A DNA stretch of 64,000 bases from Chara braunii (lineage: Eukaryota > Plantae > Charophyceae). Numbering within the stretch: position 1 is the first letter of the stretch; the number at the start of each line of letters is the position of its first letter. Below are positions 50,970 through 64,000 of this stretch, one piece after another. The notes beneath the pieces were generated by a model. It worked only from the letters and a program-made list of their open reading frames with translations. It searched no databases and was not told where the DNA came from. The stretch covers positions 1,562,839 through 1,626,838 of the forward strand of contig BFEA01000005.1 in NCBI GenBank assembly GCA_003427395.1, given 5' to 3'. A program made the position numbers and the translations under genes.

Positions 50970-53433
50970 TACTGTAAGTTCCTCCTCGCTCATAAATGCA
51001 ACCTTTTGGCGGCACGACACCGAGCTCGAGAATGATCTCGTGCGAGATCGGCCGATCCGGCACCACGCCGGTAGGTGACTCGAGGACGTCGGCGAATCCG
51101 TCGAGCAACCGCACCACCCGGGGGTCTGAAGACAAGTCCGTGGGTTGAGATTCAGCTACCGCGACGGTTCGAAGAAAACATAAGCCTATCTCTTCGGTCT
51201 GCTCGTAAGCGCAAGTGGCCCGAAAAGATTTGGCTATTACAACTTGGCACCGGATCGAAGGGTGCGGGAGAGGAATATTACATGGTACTTCGGCGCCAAA
51301 CGCGTCGCGAACCGTAAGTGTCCGCCGATGGAAGTTGACCGTGTGATCCGCACTTGCAAGCCAAGGCATGCCCAAAATGATGTCGAAGTCCGTGTCCAAG
51401 ACGTCAAACGTCACCGGTTCGCATGCATGAGGTGCGAAGTAAGCCGGGACGGCTTCGATGTAGCGATCAAGGAGTTGTCGCGTTCTTCCGTCCGCCAACT
51501 TGGTCGACGTAGGGTGTGCCTTCCTTCAAACTTGTGGTCCAAGGCCGGCCCTTTGCATGAAGGACTGGCTAATGAAGTTGCGAGTCGTGCCGCTATCCAG
51601 CAAAGCTCTGCAGGATGCTTGCCCGATTTGGATGCGGACATAAAGGAGCGGTGCGTTGTTGTCGTCGTACCACTGCGTGCGAAACTCGGGGGCCACCTTG
51701 CTCACATACACAAGAATGTCCCCCACCGCAACTTCGTCCTCCGTCGGCGAAGTTGGTGGTGCATAGAAGGCTAGGTATGTATGGAAATGAGCGCTAAGAG
51801 CTGCGCATTGCGGCTCCTGTAAGCAGTCGGTGGAAGGGAGAGGAAGCCATGCAAAATCCTCGGGCGTCAACGGGTCCAAGTCCTCTATGTTGAACGCACG
51901 CGCCGAATCCCGTGAAGGTTCCCTGGAGACGACTCAATACCGCTGCTTCTGATCGGAGAAGAAACCGCACATACATCCTGTCCTTGGGCTCGTGAATTCA
52001 GTGAAGGTACGAGCCGAGCAGCATAGTCCTCAAAGGAATGAAGAATGGGAGGACTTACGACGTCCGCATGTGCCCCGGAACCGAGGGAGGTTACCCGTAC
52101 GGCAACCGGTTCCGTAGGCGTCGAGAATGTCGTCGCAACACTCTCGGCGGTGCTTACTTTCCCGATTGGGCGGTACCCTTGGCCTTCGTGGGACAGCTCG
52201 CTGTCTCATGTGCTGAGCTGTTGCACCACAAACAATAGCGGTACTTGGTGCGGACGCAGTACCCGCGCTCCGTAAGCCCGTACGTTGTCCAAGGTCCTTG
52301 CTCTTGAGCTGCTTGCCCGGACCCAGAAGAAGTAGTGGTGTTCGTCTTCGTCTTGCTGCGTCCTCGTCCTTTGGCGGGGCGCCACCATTCTGGGCAGCTG
52401 CGAGTCTGTCTCCCTTGTCAAACGAAACAGCCTCGTTTAGAATTGAAGGGTCGCTAGGCGTTGCTGCTGCGACCACGGCCACTTTCGACCGATGCTGATG
52501 CGCGCCCTGGCCAGCAGTCGACGAGTGGCCCGTATTCCGGGCTGCCAAGTTCGTCACAATGATCTGAGCGGCTTTGTTGAAGAGTTCTTCACTTGTGTTG
52601 AGGTTCTCGGCGACTTGAGTTAACGCATTCTGCAACGCTGGGCACAACCTCCTGATGAAGTAAAGCTTGATGCCGTCGAAGTTCATCGGCAACTTGGGCG
52701 TGCTTGCCAACCGTTGGAACTCAGATATCCAGTCTCCGCTTGGCATGCTGTTCTGCGAAAACGTCAGCAGCTTGTCCATCGCCTGGTGCTTGGGCAGTTC
52801 TACTTGGAAACGCTTCTTCCATGCCGCCGTGAGATCCGCCCAGGCGATGTACTTGTGTAACTCGGTGACTGTACATGCATGTGCGGACAACATGCTGTCC
52901 AACCATGCCTGACATGCGCCTCCTGAGCGGGAGTACAAATATGCATGCCGATTTGCGTCGATGACGTGGTGGATATCCAGCTTGAATTCAAATTGGCGCC
53001 ACCATTGGATGGGGTCGGTCTTCGATGCGTCACAGAAGATCGGGAGCCCATCAAACTTGGCAATAGTTTCGCGTGTCGTTGCGCTAGGGCCGGCGGCTGC
53101 AGAAACCCGTTGTTACAGCTGCTGTGCCCCAGTCTTAAGTGTTCCCACATCTATCTCCAAGACATTGACGCGGTCGACGAGGTCGAAGGGGCTGGCGCTG
53201 GAGTTGGCGGTAGAAACCTGCTGCTCCAGCTGTTGTATGCGCTTGAGCATCTGGTCCGTCGACTGTTGTAGCGCCTTGTTGGTGTGGTCGAGAGAGTGGA
53301 TGTCCTCCTGCTGCGCGATACAAGTAGCGAGGAGGTCCGTGATGCGGTTGAGCAGCTGAGCTACTCTGATCCCGTAGTCAACGACTTCCCCGTTCTCGGC
53401 CTCCCTCTGCCAGTCGGCCTCCCTCTGTAGTCC
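50970..53433 (-). pseudogene. Ty3/gypsy gag + aspartic protease + start of RT
   Basis: Retrotrans_gag-like AQAWLD..W.DLTAAWKKRF..WISEFQRL; protease CRALLDSGTTRNFIS..DIILGMPWL; PTGVVPDRPISHEIIL. Confidence 0.92.
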
Positions 53434-53435
53434 AT

Positions 53436-56256
53436 GGCGTGGTGCCGTGGCGTGGTGTCGGATCGACCGATCTTGCACGAGATCATTCTCGAGGTCGGTG
53501 TCGTGCCGCCAAAAGGTTGCATTTATCGCATGAGCGAGGAGGAACTTACAGTACTCTGCATGCAACTCGACGACTTGTTGGACAAAGGCTGGATCCGGCC
53601 TAGCAGCTCACCCTATGGTGCGCCGGTTCTCTTCGTTCAGAAGAAGAACAAGGACCTTCGCCTATGCATCGATTACCACAAGCTCAATGCGCAAACTGTC
53701 AAGAATGCGGGACCTCTTCCTCGTATTGACGACCTTCTGAAGCCCTTGGGTGGCGCGAAATTTTTTTCCAAACTGGACTTGAAGTCAGGATATCATCAGA
53801 TCTCGATTCGGCCGCAAGATTGCTACAAGACCACGTTCAAGACACGGTACGGGCACTTTGAGTGGGTCGTCATGCCTTTTGGACTCACCAACGCCCCGAC
53901 GACTTTTCAAGCGGCGATGACCAACGAGTTCCGTGCAATGCTGGACCGGTTCGTGTTGGTCTACTTGGACGACATCCTCGTCTATAGTCGGACCTTGGAG
54001 GAACATCTTGACCATCTTCGACGAGTGTTGGAGACACTCCGGCGCGCCAAGTTCAAAGCCAACTGCGACAAGTGTGAATTCATACGCCAAGAGTTGGAAT
54101 ACTTGGGCCACTTCATTACTCCACAAGGCATCAGTCCGTTCAAGTTGTCGGACAAGATTCAAGCCGTCCAAGATTGGCCGGAGCCGCAGACCGTCACGGA
54201 TGTCCGATCATTCCTTGGCCTTGCCGGCTACTACCAACATTTCATCACAGGGTACTCGAAGATTGCGGCTCACTTAACCAAGCTTCAATGCGAGGATCGG
54301 CCGTTTGACTTCGGGACGGACGTGCGTGAATCATTCTTGGCCCTCAAGGCCGCATTGCTCTCCGCGGAGGTATTGCGGATATACGACCCGCTATTGCCAA
54401 CACGTGTCACCACGAACGCGTCCGACTATGGCATTGGCGTTGTCCTCGAACAACATGACGTCGTGGAACGACACCCGGTCGAATACTTCAGCAAGAAAGT
54501 GTCGGTCGTGCACTCAATCGATGATGTACGCAAGAAGGAACTTCTCGCCTTCGTCCACGCACTCAAGCGGTGGCGGAACTTTCTCCTTGGTTGACGCCAG
54601 TTCCGATGGGTAACGGACAACAATCCGTTGGTCTTCTACAAGTCTCGGGACACCATCAACAGCACCATCGCCCATTGGATGACCTTCATCGACCAATTCG
54701 ACTTCTTTCCCGATCACATTCCGGGGAAGTCAAACTGTTTTACGGATGCTCTTTCACGGCGTCCGGACCACTGCACCGCGGTCTACTCAACCTTCGAGAT
54801 CGAGGATGACTTGCGGGACAGTTTCATCGGCGGCTATCAAGCCGACCCCGAATTTCGCGACAAGTACGCAAACTGTTCCTCCCCCAATCCGGCGCCTTCG
54901 CACTATCGGATCCAAGAGGGATACTAGTTCGTTCACTCACGGGGGAAGGATCTACTTTGTGTACCGCAAGATTCACACTTGCGCACGCGACTTCTTGGCG
55001 AGTTCCACAACGCCCCCGCCACCGGACACTTTGGAGTCAATCGCACGATTGGCCGACTCCGCGAGCGCTTTTGGTGGCCTGGTCTTCTGGACGACGTCAC
55101 ACGCTATTGCGAGTCATGCGAGGTTTGCCGACGTTGCAAATCATGCAATCACCGTCCGTACGGCGAACTGCGACCATTACCGGTCCCCTTGCGCCGAAGG
55201 GAAGCGATTGCCATGGACATTACCGGGCCGTTCCCCAAGCACAAGACGGGTGTGGATGGGATCCTTATGGTGGTTGACCGACTCACCAAGTTTGCCATGT
55301 TTTTGCCTTGCCGCTATCATGCCAAGGCACCAGAGTTGGCCGAGGTTCTCTGCCGGTTGGATTCGAAGCAAGGGTTACCCCAAGGAGATCGTCTGCGACC
55401 GCGACACTCGGTTCATGTCCGATTTTTTGTTGGCGCTCATCAAACGATGGGGCTGATCCCTCAAGCCAAGTTCGGCTCGCCACCCCAAACTGATGGCCAA
55501 ACTGAGAGGGCACATCAGACTGCACAGGTCCTCCTACGAACTCTCATCCGGCCCGACCAGAAAGATTGGGTTGAGCAGCTGCCGGATGTCGAGTTGGCAT
55601 ACAACTCGTCCATCCACCCGGCTATCGGGATGTCACCCTTTGAGTTCGAGCATGGATCGCCGGTCAATTCTCCGTTGGACACAATCATTCCACGGGCGGC
55701 TGAGAGCGACGACCATCTTCTCTTCATTCGTCGGATGCAAGAGCTTCTTGTCAAGGCACGTGACCAGATGGCAAAGACGCAGCAACGTATGCGCCAACAG
55801 GCCAACCGCCAGCGTCTTCCTTGTCCATTCCGCGCCGGCGACCTTGTATGGGTTTCCGCTGCAGAATTCAACCTCGAACAAGATATATCTCGCAAGCTCC
55901 TTCCGAAATGGATGGGGCCCTGGCCGATCGTGGCACCCGCTGGGGACGCACCCAAAGGACCTTCGTTCATCATTCAAGTGTCCGCCCACTTGCCCGTCAA
56001 CCCGGTCTTTCACTGTTCCAAGTTGGCTCTCTACACTCCAGCGGAACTTGACGACTTTCCCGGACGACGATCGCAACACCCACCCTCGATGGACGGTTTC
56101 CAAGAGGTTGGCGACATCATATCCCAGCGACGTTACGACAACAGGCCGACTAAATTTTTGGTCTTCTTTGCATATTGCACCCATAGAGCTGACCGATGGC
56201 TGACTCGTGCGGAACTTCAGGCAACAGCGCCCGATGCTCTCGCACGCTATGAATAG
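53436..56256 (+). pseudogene. pol: Ty3/gypsy (chromovirus) pol: RT, RNase H, integrase, chromodomain
   Basis: LRLCIDY, KLDLKSGYHQI, VMPFGLTNAP, YLDDIL; TNASDYGIG..ELLA; HHCC zinc finger; AMDITG; PQTDGQTER; WMGPW; chromodomain EVGDIISQRR..FLV..DRWLT; internal stops and a frameshift. Confidence 0.97.
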
Positions 56257-56290
56257 AAGTTGAAAGGTAAGCCGACATCTTCGGTTCCAC

Positions 56291-57353
56291 GAACGGACGG
56301 GGGGTACGTGGGAGGATCTGCGGGAATGTGATGACGCCACAGTAGATTACTTCAAGGAGAAGCTGCGAATGTCGCCACGTGTTATCCGCGAGATCACGAA
56401 AACTCTTTCTCCATACCTGCAACGCCGTGTGACGTTCTACAGGGCGCCGTTGCAGCGAGACCAAATCGTCGCGTACGCTCTCTATAGGTGGGCGTCGGGG
56501 GAGGCACACGACAACGGGACGTGCAACTTCGGCATTGGCAGGTCTTCCGGCTTGACGGTGGTGCAGGACGTGACTGCTGCGTTGCTGAGCGCGTACCCCG
56601 ACAATATATCCTGGCCCACTGGTTTGCAAAAGGCGGTCGACTTGTGTGCGTTCGCCGACAAGGGTTTTCTGAACTGCCATGGGTGCATCGACTGCACCCA
56701 CATCTACATCGACAAGCTCGCCAATGCCAATGGCGAGGACTACTGCGACAGGAAAAAAACGTCGATTCTCCGTCCAGGCGCAGGTGGTCGTCGATATGAA
56801 CTTGCACGTGTTGGATGCGTTCGTTGGTTATCCGGGAAGTTGTCACGACGTGAGGATCGTCCACCTGTCGAGTTTATGGGCGCGCGCGGAGGCAGGGGAG
56901 CTTTTCACTCGGTCACCTGTCATGCTGCCTTTCGGTGTGCGGACGAACAGGTACTTGCTGGGCGACAATGGTTATCCCCCCTCCGAGTGGACAGTCGTCT
57001 CATACGGCAGTCTCGCGCAACACCATTATGAGGCACGCTTCGACAACAAACAGAAGACGACGAGGGGAGCCGTAGAGAGGGCGTTTGGCAGACTGAAGGG
57101 GACATGGAGGTTGTTCCGCCGCACCCACAAGTGCAACATGGACACCTTGGCGCATCAATTTATGGCCGTCTGCATCCTGCACAACATATTGATCGACGCA
57201 GGCATCCCGTTTGACGACAATCTGTTGTGGGAGGTGGGTCCAGACGGCGTGCATCGTAGAGTTGATCTTGGGATACATCAGCCATTGAGGCCAGTGTGCG
57301 TGGAGTCATCAACGGGGGATGCGCTAATCTTGAGGGACGCGCTGGTGGAGTGA
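56291..57353 (+). pseudogene. PIF/Harbinger DDE transposase (HARBI1-like, DDE_Tnp_4), 5' truncated, frameshift at ~56760
   Basis: FKEKLRMS, ALYRWASG..FGIGRS, GCIDCTHI, GYPGSCHD, YLLGDNGYP, RGAVERAFGRLKGTW, VCILHNIL. Confidence 0.93.
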
Positions 57354-59195
57354 ATGACTCGGAATGAGTGCTCAGTGAGGATGGCCATGCATGCATGTCG
57401 ATACCCCGCGATCGCCCACATGCGGCGGAAGAATGGAGCAGACCGAAGCGGGGAGGCACCGAAGAGCTTCTGCGGCGGGAAAGAAGGTGAGATCCATTTC
57501 CACCATCCACTACCGGTGCCGTATCGTCACGAGAATGTTGCCCTCCAGTCTGATGTCGTTGGGATGTGCTTTTGTATTGTCGTCAGGCGCCGTGTTCATC
57601 ATCCGGGTGTCATCTACGTTGTCGTCATTCCTGCTGTCGTGTTCTGTTTTCAAACGGTATACTGGAGGCGTGGTAGCATCGTTGTGGGTCCGCGTGCACA
57701 ACACGTTTCTCGCTGCCAGAGTGCGTAGGTGTCTTCATTTGCGGTGGTAAAACTTGTAGATTTTGTTCTTGTTTTTTCGTTTCCTTGTATATTTTTCCAC
57801 TGTGCGGGCACACACACAATGCCGGCGGCGCTGGTTTGTTCAACAATGTTAGTGGATGTCGTCGGCGGCGGAGGCGACGTGACGAGGTTGCATGTCGCAA
57901 GCGCGTTTTGTAGTTGTGAAGATGGTGCACGACGGAGNNNNNNNNNNNNNNNNNNNNNNNNNNNNNNNNNNNNNNNNNNNNNNNNNNNNNNNNNNNNNNN
58001 NNNNNNNNNNNNNNNNNNNNNNNNNNNNNNNNNNNNNNNNNNNNNNNNNNNNNNNNNNNNNNNNNNNNNNNNNNNNNNNNNNNNNNNNNNNNNNNNNNNN
58101 NNNNNNNGGGGGGCGGGTTACTTGTCTGGGCGCCGGGTTGGCATCTGTGTACGACATGACTTTTTGTGGGAACTTGGAAATGTGATTGCCTTCGAAGGCT
58201 TTTCCCTTTTTCAACGACAGTGTGTCCTTTGCTTATACTGGTGTGAGCCCAAGTGATGTCGTTGCATGCCATTTGCTTATTGCGTACGAACAATGTTCGA
58301 TTGTGTTTCTTTGCGATTCAAAGACAAATGACTTCATTGCGTTATGACGACGTATGTGTGTGTGTGTGTGTGTTCCATGTGCAATGGCGTCAATTAATGT
58401 ATACTTTCGGATGGTTCGCAAGACTGTCCATCACTTTTTCGCCACCATCCTTGAGCATTCAATATCACATTCACATACTGCAATCCCTGTGCCAATCAAT
58501 CTCGGCTCACATTTACATCCACAAAGTGCACGGATGAAGAAGTGAAAGAAAGTGTAAGGATTGAATGAAATCAAATCACAACGATGAGAAGAGAGTTCGT
58601 TGCAAGAATTTTTCGCCATCAACCTTCACCATTCAATATTTTGACAAATCAATCCCTGCTCACATTTGCATTCACATAGTGCAAGAATGGAATGACAACG
58701 AAAGCAGTGCACAACTGTCAAATTCATTAAGATGATAACATGGAAGGATGCTCGCTTGACCAGCAGCGAACATCGATTTGTCTGGTCGGAAGAAAGAACA
58801 AAAAAATGAGAAAAAGAAAAAAAGAAAAAAAAAAAAAAACTATACAAAAACATGACAATGGTACAATGGCGACTGATCCCGTAGACCTCCTCCGCTCACA
58901 GCCCATGACCAAATCTACCCATCTATCCCAACCCCGAATACAATCACCCCCACATCCCCCCCCCCCCCCCCCCCCCCCCCCCCCACACACACACACAAAA
59001 AAAAACACACACACACACACACACACACACCCCCCCCCCCCCCCCCCCCCCACAACACACACCCTCGTAGAAGGTCGTGGCGAGAAACTACACTGCTGCA
59101 ACGTTCTCTCGTGAACAGAGATGGGATTCAAAAGTTGGGATTCCACGTTAAAGCCAGCGAACTATGTACAACTATGTTGCACGCCCGGTCATGAC

Positions 59196-59330
59196 CAGGG
59201 ATGAAAAATCGGCCGTGGTCATGGCCGACGGCCGAATGTGTCGGGTTCGGCCAAGGCCGACCAGCCGAGTTTGGTGCAAGATTTTTCTTTATTTTTTTAA
59301 CTCATGAACAAAAATATATATATATATATA
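59196..59330 (+). mobile_element. Left end of a hAT (Ac/Ds-like) element; right end not found
   Basis: CAGGGATGAAA (identical to the maize Ac 11-bp TIR) followed by GGCCG-rich subterminal repeats. Confidence 0.55.
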
Positions 59331-60735
59331 TGGGCGTGTAGGGCTAAAAAAACCCTACCCACCCATTTTTTGGGGGGGGGCATTGTTGTTTTCTATTCCG
59401 TAAAAAAAATAAAAACAAAAAAAGAGAACGAAAAAAAAGAAAACCGCTTCGAAACCCCGCGCAAGTATGTGTGTATGTGNNNNNNNNNNNNNNNNNNNNN
59501 NNNNNNNNNNNNNNNNNNNNNNNNNNNNNNNNNNNNNNNNNNNNNNNCAATCAAAAAAAAAAAAACGAGAAAATGGGCTTTCAAACCCCGCGCAAGTTTG
59601 TGTGTGTGTGTGTGTGTGTGATCGGGTGGGGGTGGGGGGGGCGACCTCTCCCCCACCAATCAATCAATCAATCATTCAATATAAAAAAAAATGAGAAAAT
59701 GTGCAAGGAAAATAAGCAACAGCGAGATGACAATTCCAGATCACACCATCACATTGAAAGCCAAATAGTCACACCGTGTCCAGCGAGCAGCATTGCACCA
59801 ATAATACACCAATGGAGGTTCGTAGCACTAAAAACCAATGTCCATGGAGAGCATACTCTCTCCTCTCAACACAAGAGTCCAGTTCCTTCACACTCACACT
59901 CGGCGCTCAGCGTCCAACCTACTCCTACACAGCTACTACAGACTACAAAAAGACAATGCAACTGTTGACATCAGCGGCAGCCCGAAGTACTTGAAGATGT
60001 CGCCCATGCAGACCATCGCCAATACAAGGTATGTGCCCTCACATCATCATCATCATCATCATCCTTCACCTATCCCCTGACTACACCCACACCTGTACTC
60101 TCCTTCACCCAAAGACCACCCCAGCGCCTCACTGTGTATCCAAGCCAAGCCCGTTATGGAGGCTAGCTATGGCGCTGCCCTCAGCAGCGCCCTGGTCTCC
60201 CACACGACTGCACGTGCGCAGCCTCTTGCTCCAATGCCGGCAGTCAGCCCACGAGCAATCGCTCCAACAGCGCTGCCGCCAGCCAGCAAGTGACCGCATG
60301 AGCAGCCAGGGCCAGAGCTCTTTCCTTTATGGAAAGATTCGGCCTGCTTGCACAGCCTGGCTGCACTGGCCTGGACCCAGAAGCTTCCGGAAGGCCCCAG
60401 GAGGCTGCCTGGATGCAGCAGCTACTGGGCTGCTGGGCCTCGTTCGGTTGGGCGCCCAACTGTCTCTGTATGAGGCTGTGAATCACGCCCAGGGCCTACA
60501 TCCTTTGGAAAAGCCCGGAAAGGCCTGGGAAATGTCTGTGTGGCCCGGCCTGAGTTTCTTTCAACCAACTGGCGGGTCACAACTACCTGGACCCCAAATA
60601 TGAGATTGACAGTCGAGGGCCTCTTGCGATATATCAGGCCCGCCTTCACTTAGGGCGGGCACCTTCGCCTTCACTTAGGGCGGGCAATGCTGCAAACAGG
60701 GCCCCTTAGGCCTACCGAGGACCCTAATCCTCGCA

Positions 60736-60749
60736 TCCCCTCCTCCTTT
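60736..60749 (-). promoter_or_regulatory. Polypurine tract; the 3' LTR begins TGCGAGG at 60735 and runs to lower coordinates
   Basis: rc AAAGGAGGAGGGGA immediately before TG, ~27 nt after the pol stop. Confidence 0.85.
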
Positions 60750-60775
60750 ACTTCGTTAGTCCTCTGAGAAGTCTC

Positions 60776-63700
60776 TTATTCTGCAGGCATCTTCCCTTTT
60801 CGTTCTCTTTCATAGCCTGCAATCACTTGAGGCACTGTTCTGACGAGTTCCTCTCGTGTGAGCCAGCGATCTTCCTTGGGATCGAGGTGATGTCTGAAGC
60901 TCACCCGATACTGCATTCTCGGCTTAGGAGGGCGCCCTCTACCTGATGATCGAGGGACAGGCATCACTCGGTGCTCCACGATCTGGTCGATGTTCACCTC
61001 ACCATCCATGGTTGGGGGCAACATTGATCTTCTTGAAGGGAACTGCTCTGTAGCAGCGAAAGGTGCCAACTTGGAAGCATGGAACACAGGATAAGTGCGT
61101 AGGTGTGCAGGAATACGAATCACGTATGAAGGCCCATCTAGTTGATCCCCTACAATGTCCAAGATCTCCCAAAGCCCGAAATACTGTGACATCAGTTTTC
61201 TGGATATCCCCAACTCCTGACCTAATTAAGATGATTTTACCCAGACTCGTTCACCTACCTGAAACTTAGAGGGCCGTCTATGCTTATACTCAGATGCAAT
61301 CATAGCATCTTGAGACTTCTTAATATGTTCAACGGCCTGCTGCAGCATCTGTTCATATTTGACAGCAAAATCTATGCTGCCAGGTGCTGCAGTGGATTGT
61401 TTTTCTGGTAGCAGAAAGTCCAATGAAGTTCTGGGCTTCCGACCAAGATGTAACTGGTTGGGAGTCATACCGGTTGTACTGTGCACAACATTGTTGTACA
61501 AGCTGGTGACGAGAGGTAACTTCTCGTCCCGATCATCCTAACTTGGCTTAATGTAATGTCGAAGCAGGTGTTGTACTACCCGGTTCATCTGTTCTGCCTG
61601 GCCATTTGACTAAGGGTGATTCCCTGAGGTCATTTGGAGTTTGGTGCCCATCTGTTCAGCGGTTGACTGCCACAGTTCACTTATGAATCTCACATCCCTA
61701 TTGCTAACGATGGATGTAGGCAAACCAAAATCACGTACCCAGTTATCCATAAACAATTTGATGACGTAGTCAGTTTTGGCTGTTTTTGGCATGGCAATCA
61801 GTCTTGCGTACTTAGTAAAACGGTCCACTATAACAAAGATATGTCTCTTTCCAGACCTGCTGGTCACAAGGGTGTCCATGAAATCCATAGACACACTCTG
61901 ACATGGTCCTTCAAGAATCGGCAAGGGCTTAATCAGCCCAAGGGGAGCTTGAGTCCTTGGTTTGTCTCTTTGGCAAACCTGGCAGGTTTCAACGTATCGT
62001 TTTGCATCTTGCATCATAGAGGGCCACCAAAATTTTTGTACTAAGTTCGCTGATGTATTTTTATAGACAAAATGACCAGTTGCATCATGGCATTCTCCTA
62101 AGAATAAACTGCGCAACGACTCACCACTGGGAACACACAACCTTTTATTCCCTGCCTTCTCAAGAAACAGCAAGTCGTCTACCATCGTAAATTCGTCCAA
62201 AGTCTTTTTGTCCTTTGCTTGGAATCTACGGATGATCTCAGACATAACTGGATCTTGCTAATAGGCATCCACCAATGATCGAGTTAAGTCGCTAGATATG
62301 CCAAATTCAGTCACTAGTGCGCCCAGATAATCCGCCCGGCGAGATAACGCATCAGCTACTTTGTTGTACTCTCCCTTGATTGGATCAAGTTGATAGTCAT
62401 ACATGTCTATAACTTGTATCCAGCGCTTGAGTGCGTCAGAGAGTACTGGCTGAGTCTTGATCCAGCGCAAGGTCTCATGGTCAGATCTCACATAGAAGAA
62501 TCTGCCAAGGAGATAGTGTCTCCAATGTACCAGCGCTCTGTACAGGGCATAGAGCTCACGCTCATAAGTGGACTTAACTAGTTTCTGAGATGGCATCTTT
62601 CTGCTCATTTACTCGATAGGTCTCAACTTGGGCCCGTCCTTTTGCGCAAGGACCGCGCCTATGCCATATTGGCTGGCGTCTGTGGTCATGACAAACGGCT
62701 TATCAGGATCAGGAAGCTTAAGAACTTCGTAGTGTGTCAGAGCATACTTCAATTTTTTGAAGCTTGCTTCACACTCTTCAGTCCACTCCCAAGGGGTGTC
62801 AAGTCGAGTTAGATCTGTCAATGGGGAAGCTATAGTACTATAGTTTTTCACAAACGGACGATAGTAGCCCGTCATCCCCAAAAACGATCTGACCTTTGTA
62901 ACAGTCTGAGGTCTGGGCCAGTCATGTATGCCACCTTCGCATCTTCCGGCCTCAATCCATCAACTGAAATTTCATGACCCAAGTACAAGATCTTGGTGCG
63001 ACCAAACTCGCATTTATCCAGGTTTACATTGTACTGGTGTTGTCTTAGGAGACCTAGCACTGTTTTCAAGTGCTCAACGTGCTCCTCTACAGTCCTACTA
63101 AAGATAAGAATATCGTCGAGGTACACGACGATAAACTTGTCCAAGTACTCATGAAATATCCGGTTCATCGCGTGCTGGAACGTACCAGGCGCATTGCATA
63201 GGCCAAAAGGCATCACCACAAACTCGTACAGACCTTACCTGGTCTGAAATGCGGTTTTGTGCTGGTCCTCAGGCCTAACGGCAATTTGATGGTATCCGGA
63301 CTTCAGATCTATCTTTGTGAAGTACTGGCATCCCTGCACTCTATCCAAGAGGTCGTCAATGCGGAGTAGGGGCTCCGCGTTCTTAACGGTGATGGCATTG
63401 AGGCCCCTATAGTCAATGCACATCCTTAATGGACCTCCCTTCTTTGGGACAAATAAGACTGGCACACTGTAAGGGGAGGTACTAGGTCGTATCCATCCCT
63501 TATTTGTGAGCTCCTTGAGCTGGCAGCGGAGCTCATCTAACTCCGCGGGAGACATCCTATAGATTCGTCCTCTAGGCACCTTGCGACCTGGGACAACCTC
63601 TATCGCATGTACAACCTCCCTTTCCACCACGCCTGTGGGCTCCTCAAAAAGGTCTGAATATTGTGCGACGACTCTTTCTATCTCTGGGGGTGATTTAACG

Positions 63701-64000
63701 GCCTCCCCTTTCTCAGAGACAAAGACTAGATACATGCCCTCCTCTCGATTCTGCTTATAATAGTTATACAAGGATGAAGCGCACATACACCCGTAGTTTT
63801 CTATTAGACTGCTAGCTTTATCCTTCTGCAATCTAACAGTTCTACCATTGGGCAATTTGTGGATCAACATCTTTCTATCCCAGTCAAGCTGAGGTTGCGA
63901 GACTTCGAGGTAGTACATGCCTAGTAGCATATCGAATGGCAGTTCGTCGCTCACCAGGAAGGAGATCTTGTGGATCACTTCCCCTCCTCCATAGGAGAAG
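60776..64000 (-). pseudogene. pol: Ty3/gypsy (chromovirus) pol: protease end, RT, RNase H, integrase, chromodomain; runs off the window
   Basis: DMLLGM, LRMCIDY, KIDLKSGYHQI, YLDDIL, TDASQYGIG, H..H..CQVC, SMDFM, YFGLW, chromodomain; several stops and frameshifts. Confidence 0.97.

Noticed and set aside
53113-53565. 150-aa ORF as a distinct gene
   Set aside because: Chimera of antisense RT sequence and gag created by the inversion junction
54979-57353. Integrase-Harbinger nuclease fusion protein
   Set aside because: Stop codon at 56254-56256 and different reading frames
56291-57353. Domesticated host HARBI1/ALP1 gene
   Set aside because: 5' truncated, frameshifted and embedded in TE debris

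Overview
Gene-free, repeat-saturated eukaryotic scaffold segment with several N gaps. The plant-type U6/LSU wording, chromovirus Ty3/gypsy elements and repeat style suggest a streptophyte alga or plant such as Chara braunii (inference only). It contains nested transposable elements: a decayed ~9.9 kb Helitron (Rep/HUH + PIF1 helicase), two chromodomain-bearing Ty3/gypsy pol remnants, a frameshifted PIF/Harbinger transposase, hAT-type and MITE-like non-autonomous elements, several LTRs with PBS/PPT, and simple repeats. No intact host gene was found. The main observation, invisible in the ORF track, is a family of very long non-coding LTR-like repeats (copies B1 5733-~9824 +, B2 13093-~16548 +, B3 47690-~40421 -, and the more distant B4 40420-~36620 -). 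They carry decayed but recognisable pieces of cytoplasmic large-subunit (25S/26S) rRNA. In B1-B3 the pieces form a conserved sense-antisense-sense cassette downstream of a TATA-like box, and the antisense block in B1 and B3 covers the GTPase-associated centre. B4 carries extra LSU pieces and a full-length promoterless U6 snRNA copy next to an LSU fragment. All four copies share a covarying hairpin. rRNA/U6 similarities were recognised by eye against remembered plant consensus sequences and need confirmation with Infernal/BLAST.
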